Shown: piece by piece, positions 28,181-37,849 of the stretch
How the letters are laid out: each line of letters opens with the position of its first letter
Position numbering within the stretch: the stretch's first letter is position 1
From: a phage
Reading direction: 5' to 3' (one strand)
DNA: 64,000 bases
NCBI GenBank assembly: GCA_027218345.1
Contig: GCA_027218345.1_3950.1
Made by a program: the position numbers and the translations under genes
Notes under the pieces: model-generated
What the model was told of the DNA's origin: nothing
What the model saw: the letters and a program-made list of their open reading frames with translations, nothing else
Database searches by the model: none

Positions 28181-28924
28181 TTAAACTTTAATGATGGCTC
28201 TTAGCTTGTTCTCAAGGTCTGCAAGAGTACCATTATTATGAATAATGTCACGCTCATATTTTGTAGAAATCCCATTTTCTGAAACATGTGATGAAACTTT
28301 GTCCACATTGTCTCTTTTTACTTCAATAGTTTGGTGTGCAAATCTACTCAGCCATTCAGCTTCAGAGTCAAATCTTAAATCACTGATTAAGACAAAACCA
28401 TATTGATTTCTAAGTGAGCACATTTCATGGAATCTAACCATTCTTTTTTCAAGGTCTTTAGACCAGAACTTGTCGCCCATTACTTTACGGACAACTTCAG
28501 TACCCCAAATCTGTTGAATTTGTCTTGATGAGAATTTATACTTTTTACTAAATCCCAGACGTGTTAATAGGGTAGGTTTAGCAACCTTCTTAAGCTCCAT
28601 GATTAATCGTCCGGTTAACTCTGACATAAGCTTGAAGTCCATATGGTAACGTTCATCTCTGAAGGTGAACTCCATAGCTTCCGTAACTTTAAACATCAGC
28701 TCAGGATATGATAAGTCAAATACCTGTGGAGTCTCTTTAGTTTCACCATACAGGTCATTCCAAGTCAGGTCAAATATCTTTGATGCAGACAGTTTAAGGT
28801 TGTCTGCAAAGGCCATTACAGCAACATTGTAACCATACTCATCCTCTAAGATGTTCTTCACAATAGAACATGAAGTGTCTTTTCCAGAACGTGCCTTTCC
28901 AGTAAATGCAATAATATCACTCAT
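28181..28924 (-). CDS. deoxynucleoside monophosphate kinase
   Basis: P-loop FTGKARSGKDT near N-terminus, as in T4 gene 1 dNMP kinase. Confidence 0.55.
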   Translation of the reverse strand: MSDIIAFTGKARSGKDTSCSIVKNILEDEYGYNVAVMAFADNLKLSASKIFDLTWNDLYGETKETPQVFDLSYPELMFKVTEAMEFTFRDERYHMDFKLMSELTGRLIMELKKVAKPTLLTRLGFSKKYKFSSRQIQQIWGTEVVRKVMGDKFWSKDLEKRMVRFHEMCSLRNQYGFVLISDLRFDSEAEWLSRFAHQTIEVKRDNVDKVSSHVSENGISTKYERDIIHNNGTLADLENKLRAIIKV

Positions 28925-28985
28925 TTTATCTCCCTTAATTACTAAAAAGCCCCCAACTAAGGAGGCTTGTAAGATTTATAAAGAC

Positions 28986-29786
28986 TTAGTGCAGTTGGTC
29001 AGCATACTCTTTTTCAGCCATAGCTGAGATTTGCTTCACAAAATCATCACCGAAGTTAATGCGTAGCTTCTCTTCAATGATTGAAGCACCAATATTCACC
29101 AAAACATCATTGATTGCTTGCATACTAACGCCACCAGTCATTTCCTCAATGAACTCAATGCTCACACCCATCATCTGTGACAGTTGGATTAGTGCAACGA
29201 TATTCATCATCGTAGAGATAGCTGGAATCATCAGTGCAACTTTCACCTGAAGTGGTTCAATGTCAGCTACAGAGTCATTTTCAGCAGCTTCTTCCAAAGA
29301 CTCTTTAGTTTGCTGGATAATCTCTTTGATTCGTGGGTTTAATTCTTCTACGCCCCAATCAAGTTTTTCATATCGTGAAAGTTTCTCTTCCATACGCTTC
29401 TCAAGAACAGCCATAACAGCACTGGTTGATGAAATTAACAGGTCAATTAGTTCATCATTACCTGCGAGTAGTAGCAAGTCTTTTTCTTCAGTGGTCATGG
29501 CAATATAGTCATTTTTCTGCATCTCATAAAAAATGAACTCTGCAAGAGCATCAACACCTACAACGATAGATGCTAAAGCAAGTGTTTTGTCGCAAAGCAT
29601 CATGTTGACCTGTTCTGCAAAAGCACCGTTATCAGACTTGTCTTCAGGCAAGTTATAGCTTGCAGGCATAAACTGTTCTGTGTAGTTGTTGCCACGAAGA
29701 ATCATAGCCATGCTTTCTACGGCATTGATTAAGAACGCTTCGTCAATACCTTTTTCTTCAAGCATCTTTTCTACATCGATATTCAT
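28986..29786 (-). CDS. hypothetical acidic protein
   Basis: 266 aa, strongly acidic. Confidence 0.35.
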   Translation of the reverse strand: MNIDVEKMLEEKGIDEAFLINAVESMAMILRGNNYTEQFMPASYNLPEDKSDNGAFAEQVNMMLCDKTLALASIVVGVDALAEFIFYEMQKNDYIAMTTEEKDLLLLAGNDELIDLLISSTSAVMAVLEKRMEEKLSRYEKLDWGVEELNPRIKEIIQQTKESLEEAAENDSVADIEPLQVKVALMIPAISTMMNIVALIQLSQMMGVSIEFIEEMTGGVSMQAINDVLVNIGASIIEEKLRINFGDDFVKQISAMAEKEYADQLH

Positions 29787-29787
29787 A

Positions 29788-30210
29788 TTATTTCTCTCTC
29801 AGTTGGTTAAGTTTCTTTCTAGAACATTTTAAGTTTTCGGATGAAGAAAAGTCAAGTGTCTTTTCAGAACGTGGATAATAGTGCCTATCCCAAGAAGTTT
29901 CAACATCGTTAATCAGTGACGCTAGATTACACAGGTCTGTACCACTTTGCAACCTCTTTTTAAGAGAATCTAGTAAAGCAACTGTGTCTTTAGCTTTACG
30001 TCTCGCTGTAGCAACATCTTTCATATGCTCAAATACAGAGCATTTTAAGTCATCTTCATAGTTTTCAGACAACTCTATTTCATGTTGTATATCAACCATT
30101 CTCCTGTGATGGTGAGCATATTCCCGTTGAGCAGCAATGTCAAGTTCTTCCAACTTCTGCAAAGCTCTAACAAAGTCAGCTATGTCTGGGTGAACAAACA
30201 TTTTCTGCAT
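29788..30210 (-). CDS. hypothetical protein
   Basis: 140-aa ORF, first gene of minus-strand block. Confidence 0.35.
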   Translation of the reverse strand: MQKMFVHPDIADFVRALQKLEELDIAAQREYAHHHRRMVDIQHEIELSENYEDDLKCSVFEHMKDVATARRKAKDTVALLDSLKKRLQSGTDLCNLASLINDVETSWDRHYYPRSEKTLDFSSSENLKCSRKKLNQLREK

Positions 30211-30467
30211 GTAAGCCTCTTTTAAGTAACTATTAAGTTTTAATCTTTTATCTTAACGTATTCTATACGTTATACTTTAAAGCTTTTTAAAAGCTATTAA
30301 ATAATCTTTTAAGAATTTTAAAGTATCTGTATAGTTAAACTGTTAAGTAACCTTTTAAGTAAAAACCCACTTCGCAAAGATTAACACCTTGTCAAGTACA
30401 TTGTCAACTTGCTTTTTATAATTTTTTGCAGTAATGTATGTGGTTAATGATTTTAGAGGGAGTAAAA
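30211..30467. promoter_or_regulatory. AT-rich divergent intergenic control region with repeated TTAAGTAA motifs
   Basis: Lies between divergent minus (29788-30210) and plus (DNA polymerase) genes; TTTTAAGTAA-like motif at about 30219, 30342, 30352; TTGTCA and TATAAT hexamers present but spacing not canonical. Confidence 0.35.
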
Positions 30468-32610
30468 ATGGAAAACGTAGATTTTAAAAACTTACATTTG
30501 GTTGGCGATACAGAAACTGATGGTTTACTCCTTGAGTTCACTAAAGTACACGTAATGGCTTTCGCAGACTATAAATCTGACGATGAAGAGCCACCTGTAT
30601 GGGTCTTTACAGATGAGCCTATCCTCGGTCACAAGTACACTAAGTACATTAAGGGTGGTTTACGTGAAGGTGTTGAGTTTGCGTTAAAGGCAAAACGACT
30701 TTGTATCCATAACGGCCTCGGTTATGACTGGTGGGTCTTCAATCACATTGCACCGGATTTATGGAACTTTGATAATCCAAAGTGTAAGCCGTGGAGTAAT
30801 TTCTTTCAGGATTCTCTTATCCAGTCTCGTGTTCAGTGGATGGATAGACCAACTCCAAAGGGTTATAAAGGTGCTCATGGCTTGGCTGCATGGGGTGCTC
30901 GTGTTGGTGTCCGTAAACCAGAGATTGAACATTGGGGTGTGTGGAATGCAGAAATCTTCACTCGTGTTGTGGAAGATATCCGTATTAACGCCAAAACTAA
31001 ACGCGCACTAGATAATGAATATCTCAAGCTGAAGAAGTGTGGCATAGACACCTATGAAACCTATATGCGAGCTAAAGAAACATCTTTCTGGATGAGTCAA
31101 CAAGCTATCAATGGTTGGAAAGCTGATAAAGAGCTTATGGAGTTCCATGTAAAGGAACTTGACAAGTTGACTAATGAGCTTGCTTCGGAAGTTGAACCAC
31201 ATCTTCCTCCAACTATTAAGACCAAAGGTAAAGTTACTGGGGAAGAGTTTGCAAAAGCTTGGAATGAGTATGTTGAAGCATTTGGTCATGCAGATGGACT
31301 GAAGAGAATCACCAAGTACCCTAAGACAAAGTATCGTCAGCAGGTACGTAATGGTGAAATGCAGACATATGAAATCAAGCCATTTGGTAAGCCAACTACA
31401 AAGATTTTTAACATTGAAAAGAGAAATTGCTATACGCCAACCAACTCTGTAACTGGTGAAGAGTACAAGGAAGGTTTTGTAGCAATGAAGGATGCTCGTG
31501 CAATTTGCAATGAGTTGAACGCAAAGATTGGTAAGAAATGCAAAGACTGGAAGCCAGTAAAAACAGTCAAAACTGTGAAGTACTATAACAGCCACGTTGT
31601 TAACCACTTTGAACTTGAGTCAAGTCGCTACACAGGATTGATTGATGCACCATATACACCAATTGAGTTTGAAGTTTCTCGTATGACTCAGGTAGCAGTT
31701 GTTAAAGACTACTTGAAATCAGTTGGTTGGATTCCAGATGACTGGAACTACAAGAAAGACTCAGATGGTCGCCCTGTCAAAGTTTGTCGTTTCAAAGACA
31801 ATAAAAAGATGATTACAAAGCATCCTAAGTGGCAGGAGATGGTTGAGCGGTGTGGTTTGAGCTATGTTGAGCATGAAGGTGTACAGTACATTGAGCATAA
31901 CTGGTCTGTGAAGAAATACACAGATTTGCTTGAGCCTTGCTTAATCCGTACTTCACCAAAACTTACTGAATCATCTTATGATACGATTGAAGGTGAACTT
32001 GGACAGAAGATTGCTAAGTACTATACTTTGATGCACAGACGCAGAACTATTGAGAACTCAAAGGATGATGAAAAAGGTTGGTTGAACCAGATTCGTCCTG
32101 ATGGTCGCCTTAGTGCTGGTGCAATGGTATTTGGTACTTCAACTGGACGTATGACACAATATGGTATTGTAAACGTACCGTCTGGTGCTGCTGTCTATGG
32201 AGCACCTATGAGGGCAGTGTGGATTTGTGAAGATGGAACCAACGTAGTCTCCGTTGATATGAACTCAGCCCAGCTAGTTCTTCTTTGCAACTTTATGGGT
32301 GATAAAGAGTTCACTAAAGCAGTAACTGAAGGTAAAGAGTCAGTAGAATTTACCAAGCAAGAAGATGGGAGGTATTATTGCAAACATCTTGATAAGTACC
32401 TTAATCCAGAAACTGATAAGTATCTTCGTTATGATGCTGAGAATGACCTCTATGAGGTCTACACAGGGACTGATGCGCATACACTGAACAGTATTTACTT
32501 TGGTCTGAACAAGGAGGAAGATATTGTTCGTTGTAGGGAGACACAGGATGAGGAACTTCTTCACGAGATTACAAAAGGCCGTAAGAAAGCCAAAAATGGC
32601 ATTTATGCGT
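30468..32610 (+). CDS. family A DNA polymerase, exon 1 (3'-5' exonuclease and polymerase domains through motif B start)
   Basis: RBS AGAGGGAG then ATG at 30468; DTETDG exo motif; ends ...RKKAKNGIYA within motif B; track ORF continues 13 codons into intron before stop. Confidence 0.75.
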
Positions 32611-32877
32611 CAGTGGCGCATGTAAAACGTTGTGAATTGCTGGAAGCCTAAGTCTGTAAAGATATGGTAATCAGCAGCGAAGCCTCTTAAGAGGAACGTT
32701 CAGAGACTATCGAAAAGCATACTTAACGTATGAACTGAGTAGAGTAGGGTGGTAAGCTAATGACCATCCCAAGTGCAACGGTAGCACCACTGCTACGTGA
32801 TATAGTCCGACACTCCGTAGAAATGCGGAGAAGTTCATAAGAGAACTGGTACACCTTGCGAGTGTATTGACCAGATG
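32611..32877 (+). ncRNA. group I self-splicing intron (267 nt, no ORF) in DNA polymerase motif B
   Basis: P AATTGCTGGAAG 32635-32646, Q AATCAGCAGC 32669-32678, R GTTCAGAGACTA 32698-32709, S GATATAGTCC 32799-32808; P1 exon ATGCGT with intron GCGCAT (U-G at splice site); terminal G at 32877. Confidence 0.8.
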
Positions 32878-33434
32878 TATTGTTCGGGGCTGGAGACGAG
32901 AAGTTTGCAAAAACTATCAAGGCATCATCTACGGAAGAAGGTGCATTGACTAAACAAACTTACTATATGCGTCTGCCAAAGATTAAGAAGTTACTTGATA
33001 GCTTAGAAGCCGATTTTAAGGCGTCTAAAAAGGCTCTGGAAGAGGTTTTTGGGAAGAATTCTTCAATTGCTAAAGGTGGTTATATCAGGGTCGCTGGAGC
33101 ATGGATATGGTGCAAATCTCCACATAAACTACTGAACTACCTCCTGATGAGTTCGGAAGCACAGATTCAGAATGAGGCCATCAACCTAGCAGCAAGAAAA
33201 GCCTGTGAAGATGGCCTGACAAAACTGAATGCTCGAAAACCAGCTATCGGAGCAAGGTTACTTCTGGCATATCACGATGAAAATAGTTGGGAATGTCCAG
33301 AGGGTATGACACATGATATGAAAGCAATTGCTGACTGGATGTATGGACAAGCTTCAAAAAACTTAGGTTTGAGGAAAGAAACACTTGTAACTGGTACAGC
33401 AAAGGTTGGTAAGAGCTGGTATGAGGTACATTGA
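32878..33434 (+). CDS. family A DNA polymerase, exon 2 (motif B remainder and motif C)
   Basis: Joined reading gives ...KNGIYA-LL-FGAGDEKFAKTI, matching T7 gp5-type motif B KxxIYGxLYGAGDEK; ...LLAYHDENSWECPEG resembles motif C (HDE). Confidence 0.75.
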
Positions 33435-33437
33435 TTA

Positions 33438-33971
33438 ATGGATTTAATTTTACAAAAACGTTTAAAGGAGCTGCTGCACTATGACCCCGAAACAGGGGTC
33501 TTTACTTGGCTTCGTAGAGAAGGTAAATCAAGAGCTGTTAGTGTTTTTAACAGTAATTATGCAGGAAAGGTGGCAGGTAATATCCAGACTGACTCAAGTG
33601 GTCATAAACAGATTAGTATCTATTTTGACAAGAAAGCACATAAAGCACACAGACTCGCATGGCTTTACGTGTATGGCAAGATGCCAAAAGGTATCATTGA
33701 CCATATCAACGGCGACTCACTTGACAACAGGATTGTAAACTTAAGGGAAGCAGATGATTTTCAAAGTGCTTGGAATAAAGGTAAACCAGTCACCAATAAA
33801 TCTGGGTACAAGGGTGTAAGTCTTAAGAAGAAGTCTGGTAAGTGGGTCGCACAGATAAGTTATAAAGGTAAGAAGATGTTTTTAGGTTACCATGACACAC
33901 CTGAAGAAGCCCATAAAGCTTACTGTGAAGCTGCTATTAAACTCCACGGAGAGTTTGCAAAACTAAGTTGA
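33438..33971 (+). CDS. HNH endonuclease with AP2 DNA-binding domain (free-standing homing endonuclease candidate)
   Basis: HNH core HRLAWLYVYG...IDHINGDSLDNRIVNLR and AP2-like GYKGVSLKKKSGKWVAQISYKGKKMFLGYHDTPEEAHKAY. Confidence 0.6.
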   Translation: MDLILQKRLKELLHYDPETGVFTWLRREGKSRAVSVFNSNYAGKVAGNIQTDSSGHKQISIYFDKKAHKAHRLAWLYVYGKMPKGIIDHINGDSLDNRIVNLREADDFQSAWNKGKPVTNKSGYKGVSLKKKSGKWVAQISYKGKKMFLGYHDTPEEAHKAYCEAAIKLHGEFAKLS

Positions 33972-34022
33972 CAAGGTGCTCAGGGAAGAGTACCTTATAC
34001 AATATCTTGTATAGGAGAGCTT

Positions 34023-34232
34023 ATGAGCCACCGTGGAAGAACCCATGCAGCGATGATGAAAGGTGCTTCAAAAGAGACTATCAAAAATCGTAAGCAGAAG
34101 TTGTTTGAGAGAATGAACAGGTTAATTGACAATTCATCTCTTTCAGGTTCTGAGAAGGTTTTCTTGAAAGGTAATCTGAAAAGCATTGCACAAGAACTTG
34201 TAGATATTGAATATTGGAGACATCAAAAATGA
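34023..34232 (+). CDS. hypothetical protein
   Basis: 69-aa ORF. Confidence 0.3.
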   Translation: MSHRGRTHAAMMKGASKETIKNRKQKLFERMNRLIDNSSLSGSEKVFLKGNLKSIAQELVDIEYWRHQK

Positions 34233-34447
34233 CACTTGCAGACGTTATTCAGCAACTTCATGATAACTGCTACACTCCAGAGTTAATTCAGGAGATGTCC
34301 ATTGCAGTCATGCCTAGCAAGTTCGTAAAAACCTTTAACAACGACGCTTTAAGGTCTACACACATCCTTATCGTTGACGGTAAGATTGCAAAAGACCGTA
34401 CTGGAGTACTTAAAGGTGAACGTATTGATATTCTGGAGTTGCTATGA
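34214..34447 (+). CDS. hypothetical protein
   Basis: 77-aa ORF. Confidence 0.3.
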   Translation: METSKMTLADVIQQLHDNCYTPELIQEMSIAVMPSKFVKTFNNDALRSTHILIVDGKIAKDRTGVLKGERIDILELL

Positions 34448-34579
34448 AGAAAATGTACAGTCTCTGGGGAAGGGTTGGTGAAGGTTTTGACTGGACACTT
34501 CTTCGTTCAAACGTTAAACGTAGTGAATTACCAGAACTCATCACTCACTATTTAAAAACATACAGAGAGGTAGACTATC

Positions 34580-34837
34580 GTGAACAATAAGGTTAAGAGT
34601 TGTGTGAAAGCAATGGTTGCACTTGGAGTAATTTTTCTATCTGGCTGCAATCCCTCTTACGAGGACAAAAATGCTTCTTATAGTCTCCCACCAGAGATGC
34701 AAGATTGCAAAGTCTATAAGTTAAATGGGGATGCAATAAGCAGAGATATTGTTGTTGTCAGATGTCCAAACTCTCAAACAACAACATCTTATAGCTATGG
34801 CAAAAATGGTCAATCACATACTACGGTTATTGAGTGA
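34580..34837 (+). CDS. small lipoprotein
   Basis: Signal peptide with lipobox FLSGC. Confidence 0.4.
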   Translation: MNNKVKSCVKAMVALGVIFLSGCNPSYEDKNASYSLPPEMQDCKVYKLNGDAISRDIVVVRCPNSQTTTSYSYGKNGQSHTTVIE

Positions 34838-34847
34838 GGTTTTCACG

Positions 34848-35054
34848 ATGGAAGTCCTAGTAAACTATATCTACTGTTATGATGTTGTTCACTCCACTAC
34901 AACGGTAGCTCAACGTAACCCAATCGTACCACGAGAAGGTGAATTGGTTCGCATTGAGGGTTGGACTTACACTGTGGAAAGCATCATTCATAAGTTTGAT
35001 GTTGCTGGCGATGTTCAAGTTATCGACGTAGAAATTGGTGGTAAGAGAAAATGA
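34848..35054 (+). CDS. hypothetical protein
   Basis: Track ORF 34749-35054; ATG at 34848 avoids overlap with upstream gene. Confidence 0.3.
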   Translation: MEVLVNYIYCYDVVHSTTTVAQRNPIVPREGELVRIEGWTYTVESIIHKFDVAGDVQVIDVEIGGKRK

Positions 35055-35269
35055 CTGTAGAAGATAAATTTAAGAACGCAGTTCTTACAGAAGATGGTGA
35101 GCTTGAAACATTCATTCTTCGTGTTGATGGTAAGCTATTCCGGTGTCGTTGTGGGTCAAACTGTTTCCATAAACCAGATAAAAATGACTTAGAGCTTTAC
35201 GCATGTAATGCTTGCAATACTTGGTATCACTCAGAGGTTAAAAATGACAATTCTGTACAAACAAAATAA
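35051..35269 (+). CDS. small zinc-ribbon protein
   Basis: CRCGSNC...CNAC Cys pairs, 72 aa. Confidence 0.3.
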   Translation: MTVEDKFKNAVLTEDGELETFILRVDGKLFRCRCGSNCFHKPDKNDLELYACNACNTWYHSEVKNDNSVQTK

Positions 35270-36344
35270 AGATGGCTCTTTCAATGTCTGGTCATGCGTT
35301 GCTGTAGGTGACAAAGTTATTACAACCTACGGTAAAGAAAATGGCAAGATGATGTTTGAAGAGTATACAGCAGAACCTAAAAACATCGGTAAAAAGAATG
35401 AGCGTAATGCTGAACAACAAGCTCTCTTTGAAGTTGCTGCTAAGTATAAAAAGCAAGTTGACCGTAAAGGTTATGCTTACACAAAAGAGTCTGCACAGAA
35501 TACTGAGAAGGTAGGTGTACAGCTTGCTCATGATGCTGCAAAGGTTAGCCATGCAAAGTATCTGAAGTTCCCTGCTGATGCTCAACCAAAACTTGATGGT
35601 GTCCGTTGTAGAATTTCAAGAGGTGATGATTCAGTTAGTTTCACGGCTTATTCTCGTGAGAATACTGTTTATAAAATACCTACTGAGCTAACACCTGACA
35701 TTATGACTATGTTAAGACTCCATGCAGACGTTGATGAGTTTGACGGGGAGGTTTATGCTCATGGGTGGGACTTAGAAGATATTGTCTCCATGATTAAAAA
35801 TGAAGACAACCCAGACAGACATCTTCTTAAGTTTTACTGGTATGACATCTGTGATAGCACTAAGACGTGGCCTGAACGTAGGGATATTATTGAGACTTCA
35901 CCATTGAATGACTTGAGAGATGGCTGTAAAGTTGTCCCTGTTAAGTCTCGTCGTGTAAACTCTTGGGAAGAATTTGATGAAGCTCATGATAAGTGGGTTG
36001 AAGTTAAGTTTGAAGGTGCAATGTACCGTTCAATCTCTGAAGACTCCTTCTATGAGTGTTGTCACCGTTCATACTTCTTGATTAAGCACAAGAAGATGCA
36101 CACTGAAGAGTTTAAAGTGACTGGTGTAAAGACTGATAAACGTGGTCATGGTAAGTTCGTTGTAGAGACTCTTCCTAACGTCTTTGTAGATGTCTCATGG
36201 AAGACTACTCATGAGAAGAAACAGTATCTTGCTGAACATCCTGAAGAGTTTATCGGGAAACCTTTAACGGTTCAGTTCCAGAAGATGACTCGTAAGGGGT
36301 CTTTACAGTTCCCTGTTGGGTTAGTTATACGAGATTATGAATAA
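35244..36344 (+). CDS. ATP-dependent DNA ligase
   Basis: Adenylation motif I KLDGVRC; size about 366 aa; track ORF starts at 35208, ATG at 35244 preferred. Confidence 0.65.
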   Translation: MTILYKQNKDGSFNVWSCVAVGDKVITTYGKENGKMMFEEYTAEPKNIGKKNERNAEQQALFEVAAKYKKQVDRKGYAYTKESAQNTEKVGVQLAHDAAKVSHAKYLKFPADAQPKLDGVRCRISRGDDSVSFTAYSRENTVYKIPTELTPDIMTMLRLHADVDEFDGEVYAHGWDLEDIVSMIKNEDNPDRHLLKFYWYDICDSTKTWPERRDIIETSPLNDLRDGCKVVPVKSRRVNSWEEFDEAHDKWVEVKFEGAMYRSISEDSFYECCHRSYFLIKHKKMHTEEFKVTGVKTDKRGHGKFVVETLPNVFVDVSWKTTHEKKQYLAEHPEEFIGKPLTVQFQKMTRKGSLQFPVGLVIRDYE

Positions 36345-36350
36345 AAGTTG

Positions 36351-36378
36351 TTGACATAGAAAATTTGGTGAGTATACT
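36351..36378 (+). promoter_or_regulatory. sigma70-like promoter (TTGACA-N16-TATACT)
   Basis: Consensus -35 at 36351-36356, -10 at 36373-36378 in intergenic region after ligase. Confidence 0.45.
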
Positions 36379-36512
36379 GAGCAGCATAAACCAACAGGTA
36401 CTCACCAGCATCACTTAAGAGTCTTCTAAGAGGGTTTTAAGTGATGTTTGGTTTGGTATGGAAGGATGGCAGTAGCCTTATAAAAAATCTGCCAAATAAG
36501 CTATAAAATCTG

Positions 36513-36541
36513 TTGACAAGTCAGGTGTTATAGCTTATTTT
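36513..36541 (+). promoter_or_regulatory. sigma70-like promoter (TTGACA-N17-TATTTT)
   Basis: -35 at 36513-36518, -10 at 36536-36541; RBS GAGG 8 nt upstream of ATG at 36586. Confidence 0.4.
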
Positions 36542-36585
36542 TATGCTCAACGTAATACAAAATTTAATATAACTTTGAGGTCATT

Positions 36586-36969
36586 ATGAAAAAGGTTTTA
36601 TTAGCTGCTGCAATGGTTATGGCAATGAATTTACAAGTCAATGCAACAGAACTTCCAAATGTGGACTTGTCAGGTGTTCCAGAAGACACTTGCCAGATTG
36701 TTAAAGGTGTTGCCATAGCTAATGGTGAGTTACTTAAACCAATCTCTGAAGAGTCTTTGACAGAGATGACTGATAAGGTGACTGACTATCAATATCGCGT
36801 TCTTGCAGAGTATTTCCTGCAATCTGCAAATATTAAAGAGAAGCACCATGACGATATTGATGTACAGGCTATGCTCAACCATCGTATCCAGTTTAAAGAA
36901 GATTTGATGCAAAAAGCTATGTATGGTGTTGAGTATTTCTTAGAAAACAGAAGCTGCACAGGTATTTGA
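36586..36969 (+). CDS. secreted hypothetical protein
   Basis: N-terminal signal peptide MKKVLLAAAMVMAMNLQVNA. Confidence 0.4.
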   Translation: MKKVLLAAAMVMAMNLQVNATELPNVDLSGVPEDTCQIVKGVAIANGELLKPISEESLTEMTDKVTDYQYRVLAEYFLQSANIKEKHHDDIDVQAMLNHRIQFKEDLMQKAMYGVEYFLENRSCTGI

Positions 36970-36970
36970 T

Positions 36971-37183
36971 ATGGCTCTTAAAAAGTTACATCCCAGAAGC
37001 GGTTATGGTAAGATAATTGACGATACAGATGGCTTTACAGTCTTTACAGTTATCTGTCAAGATGATTCACAGATTGAAAAGGCTCTTGATGATTATCTTA
37101 ACGATGAACGTGAAAAGGTTAGGGCTACAAACATAGATTCATTAATTGACACTTCACGCAAACGGAAGAAGAAAGATGAATGA
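36971..37183 (+). CDS. hypothetical protein
   Basis: 70-aa ORF with basic C-terminus. Confidence 0.3.
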   Translation: MALKKLHPRSGYGKIIDDTDGFTVFTVICQDDSQIEKALDDYLNDEREKVRATNIDSLIDTSRKRKKKDE

Positions 37184-37475
37184 GGTTTTTGACCCTTATG
37201 CCCCACAAGATGATTGGGAGGCTGATAGAGAGGCTGAAATGGAGAGCTATATTTGTCCAATGGATGTAGACGAGATGAGAGACTTCGTTGCACATCGTTT
37301 TAAGAGAGAGATTAAATCCAGAGGTCTTTCTCAAGAGCAAGTTGCTAAAATTTGTGGCATCTCTCAGGCTCGTGTATCCAACATAATCCATCTCACTGGT
37401 AACGTCTCACTTGAGTATATGTTGGAAGTGTGTGAAAAATTTGGTGTTAATTTCAATTTAAGGTTGGCAGATTAA
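37179..37475 (+). CDS. HTH (XRE-like) DNA-binding protein
   Basis: C-terminal LSQEQVAKICGISQARVSNII helix-turn-helix; ATG at 37179 overlaps upstream stop. Confidence 0.4.
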   Translation, partial: NEVFDPYAPQDDWEADREAEMESYICPMDVDEMRDFVAHRFKREIKSRGLSQEQVAKICGISQARVSNIIHLTGNVSLEYMLEVCEKFGVNFNLRLAD

Positions 37476-37476
37476 T

Positions 37477-37836
37477 ATGAAACGTGAAAACATTATCCAC
37501 TCTGAAAACTTCGCATTAGGCTTTTATGGCGTACCAACTCACCTTGAAAAGTATTATGGTGTGAAGATTCTCTCCAATCTCATTATGGCTTACAAAGATG
37601 GTAAGATTAAGCACACTGAGAAGAAACGTGTCATGGGCTATATGGCTGTAGGTTCAGCAATCTCGAACATTAAGCTGGAAACCACTAGCAGTCAGACTGT
37701 GAAAGACCACTTCATCAAAGAGCTTTACCAGAATCTTGATGGGGTAGATGTTCAGGCTGTTTGGCTGGATGTTGATGGTCATAACTACACAAGTTTTGTT
37801 TTCAAAAACGATGACATTAAGTGCTTGTTCCCATAA
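37477..37836 (+). CDS. hypothetical protein
   Basis: 119-aa ORF. Confidence 0.35.
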   Translation: MKRENIIHSENFALGFYGVPTHLEKYYGVKILSNLIMAYKDGKIKHTEKKRVMGYMAVGSAISNIKLETTSSQTVKDHFIKELYQNLDGVDVQAVWLDVDGHNYTSFVFKNDDIKCLFP

Positions 37837-37849
37837 TAGGTGATTAACT

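Noticed and set aside
31008-31607. 199-aa ORF on minus strand
   Set aside because: Antisense within DNA polymerase exon 1; hydrophobic low-complexity translation; no supporting signals.
32611-32651. The 13 codons after ...KNGIYA at the end of the first polymerase ORF (SVAHVKRCELLEA)
   Set aside because: These are read from intron sequence (they include the P1/guide region); the true exon ends at 32610.
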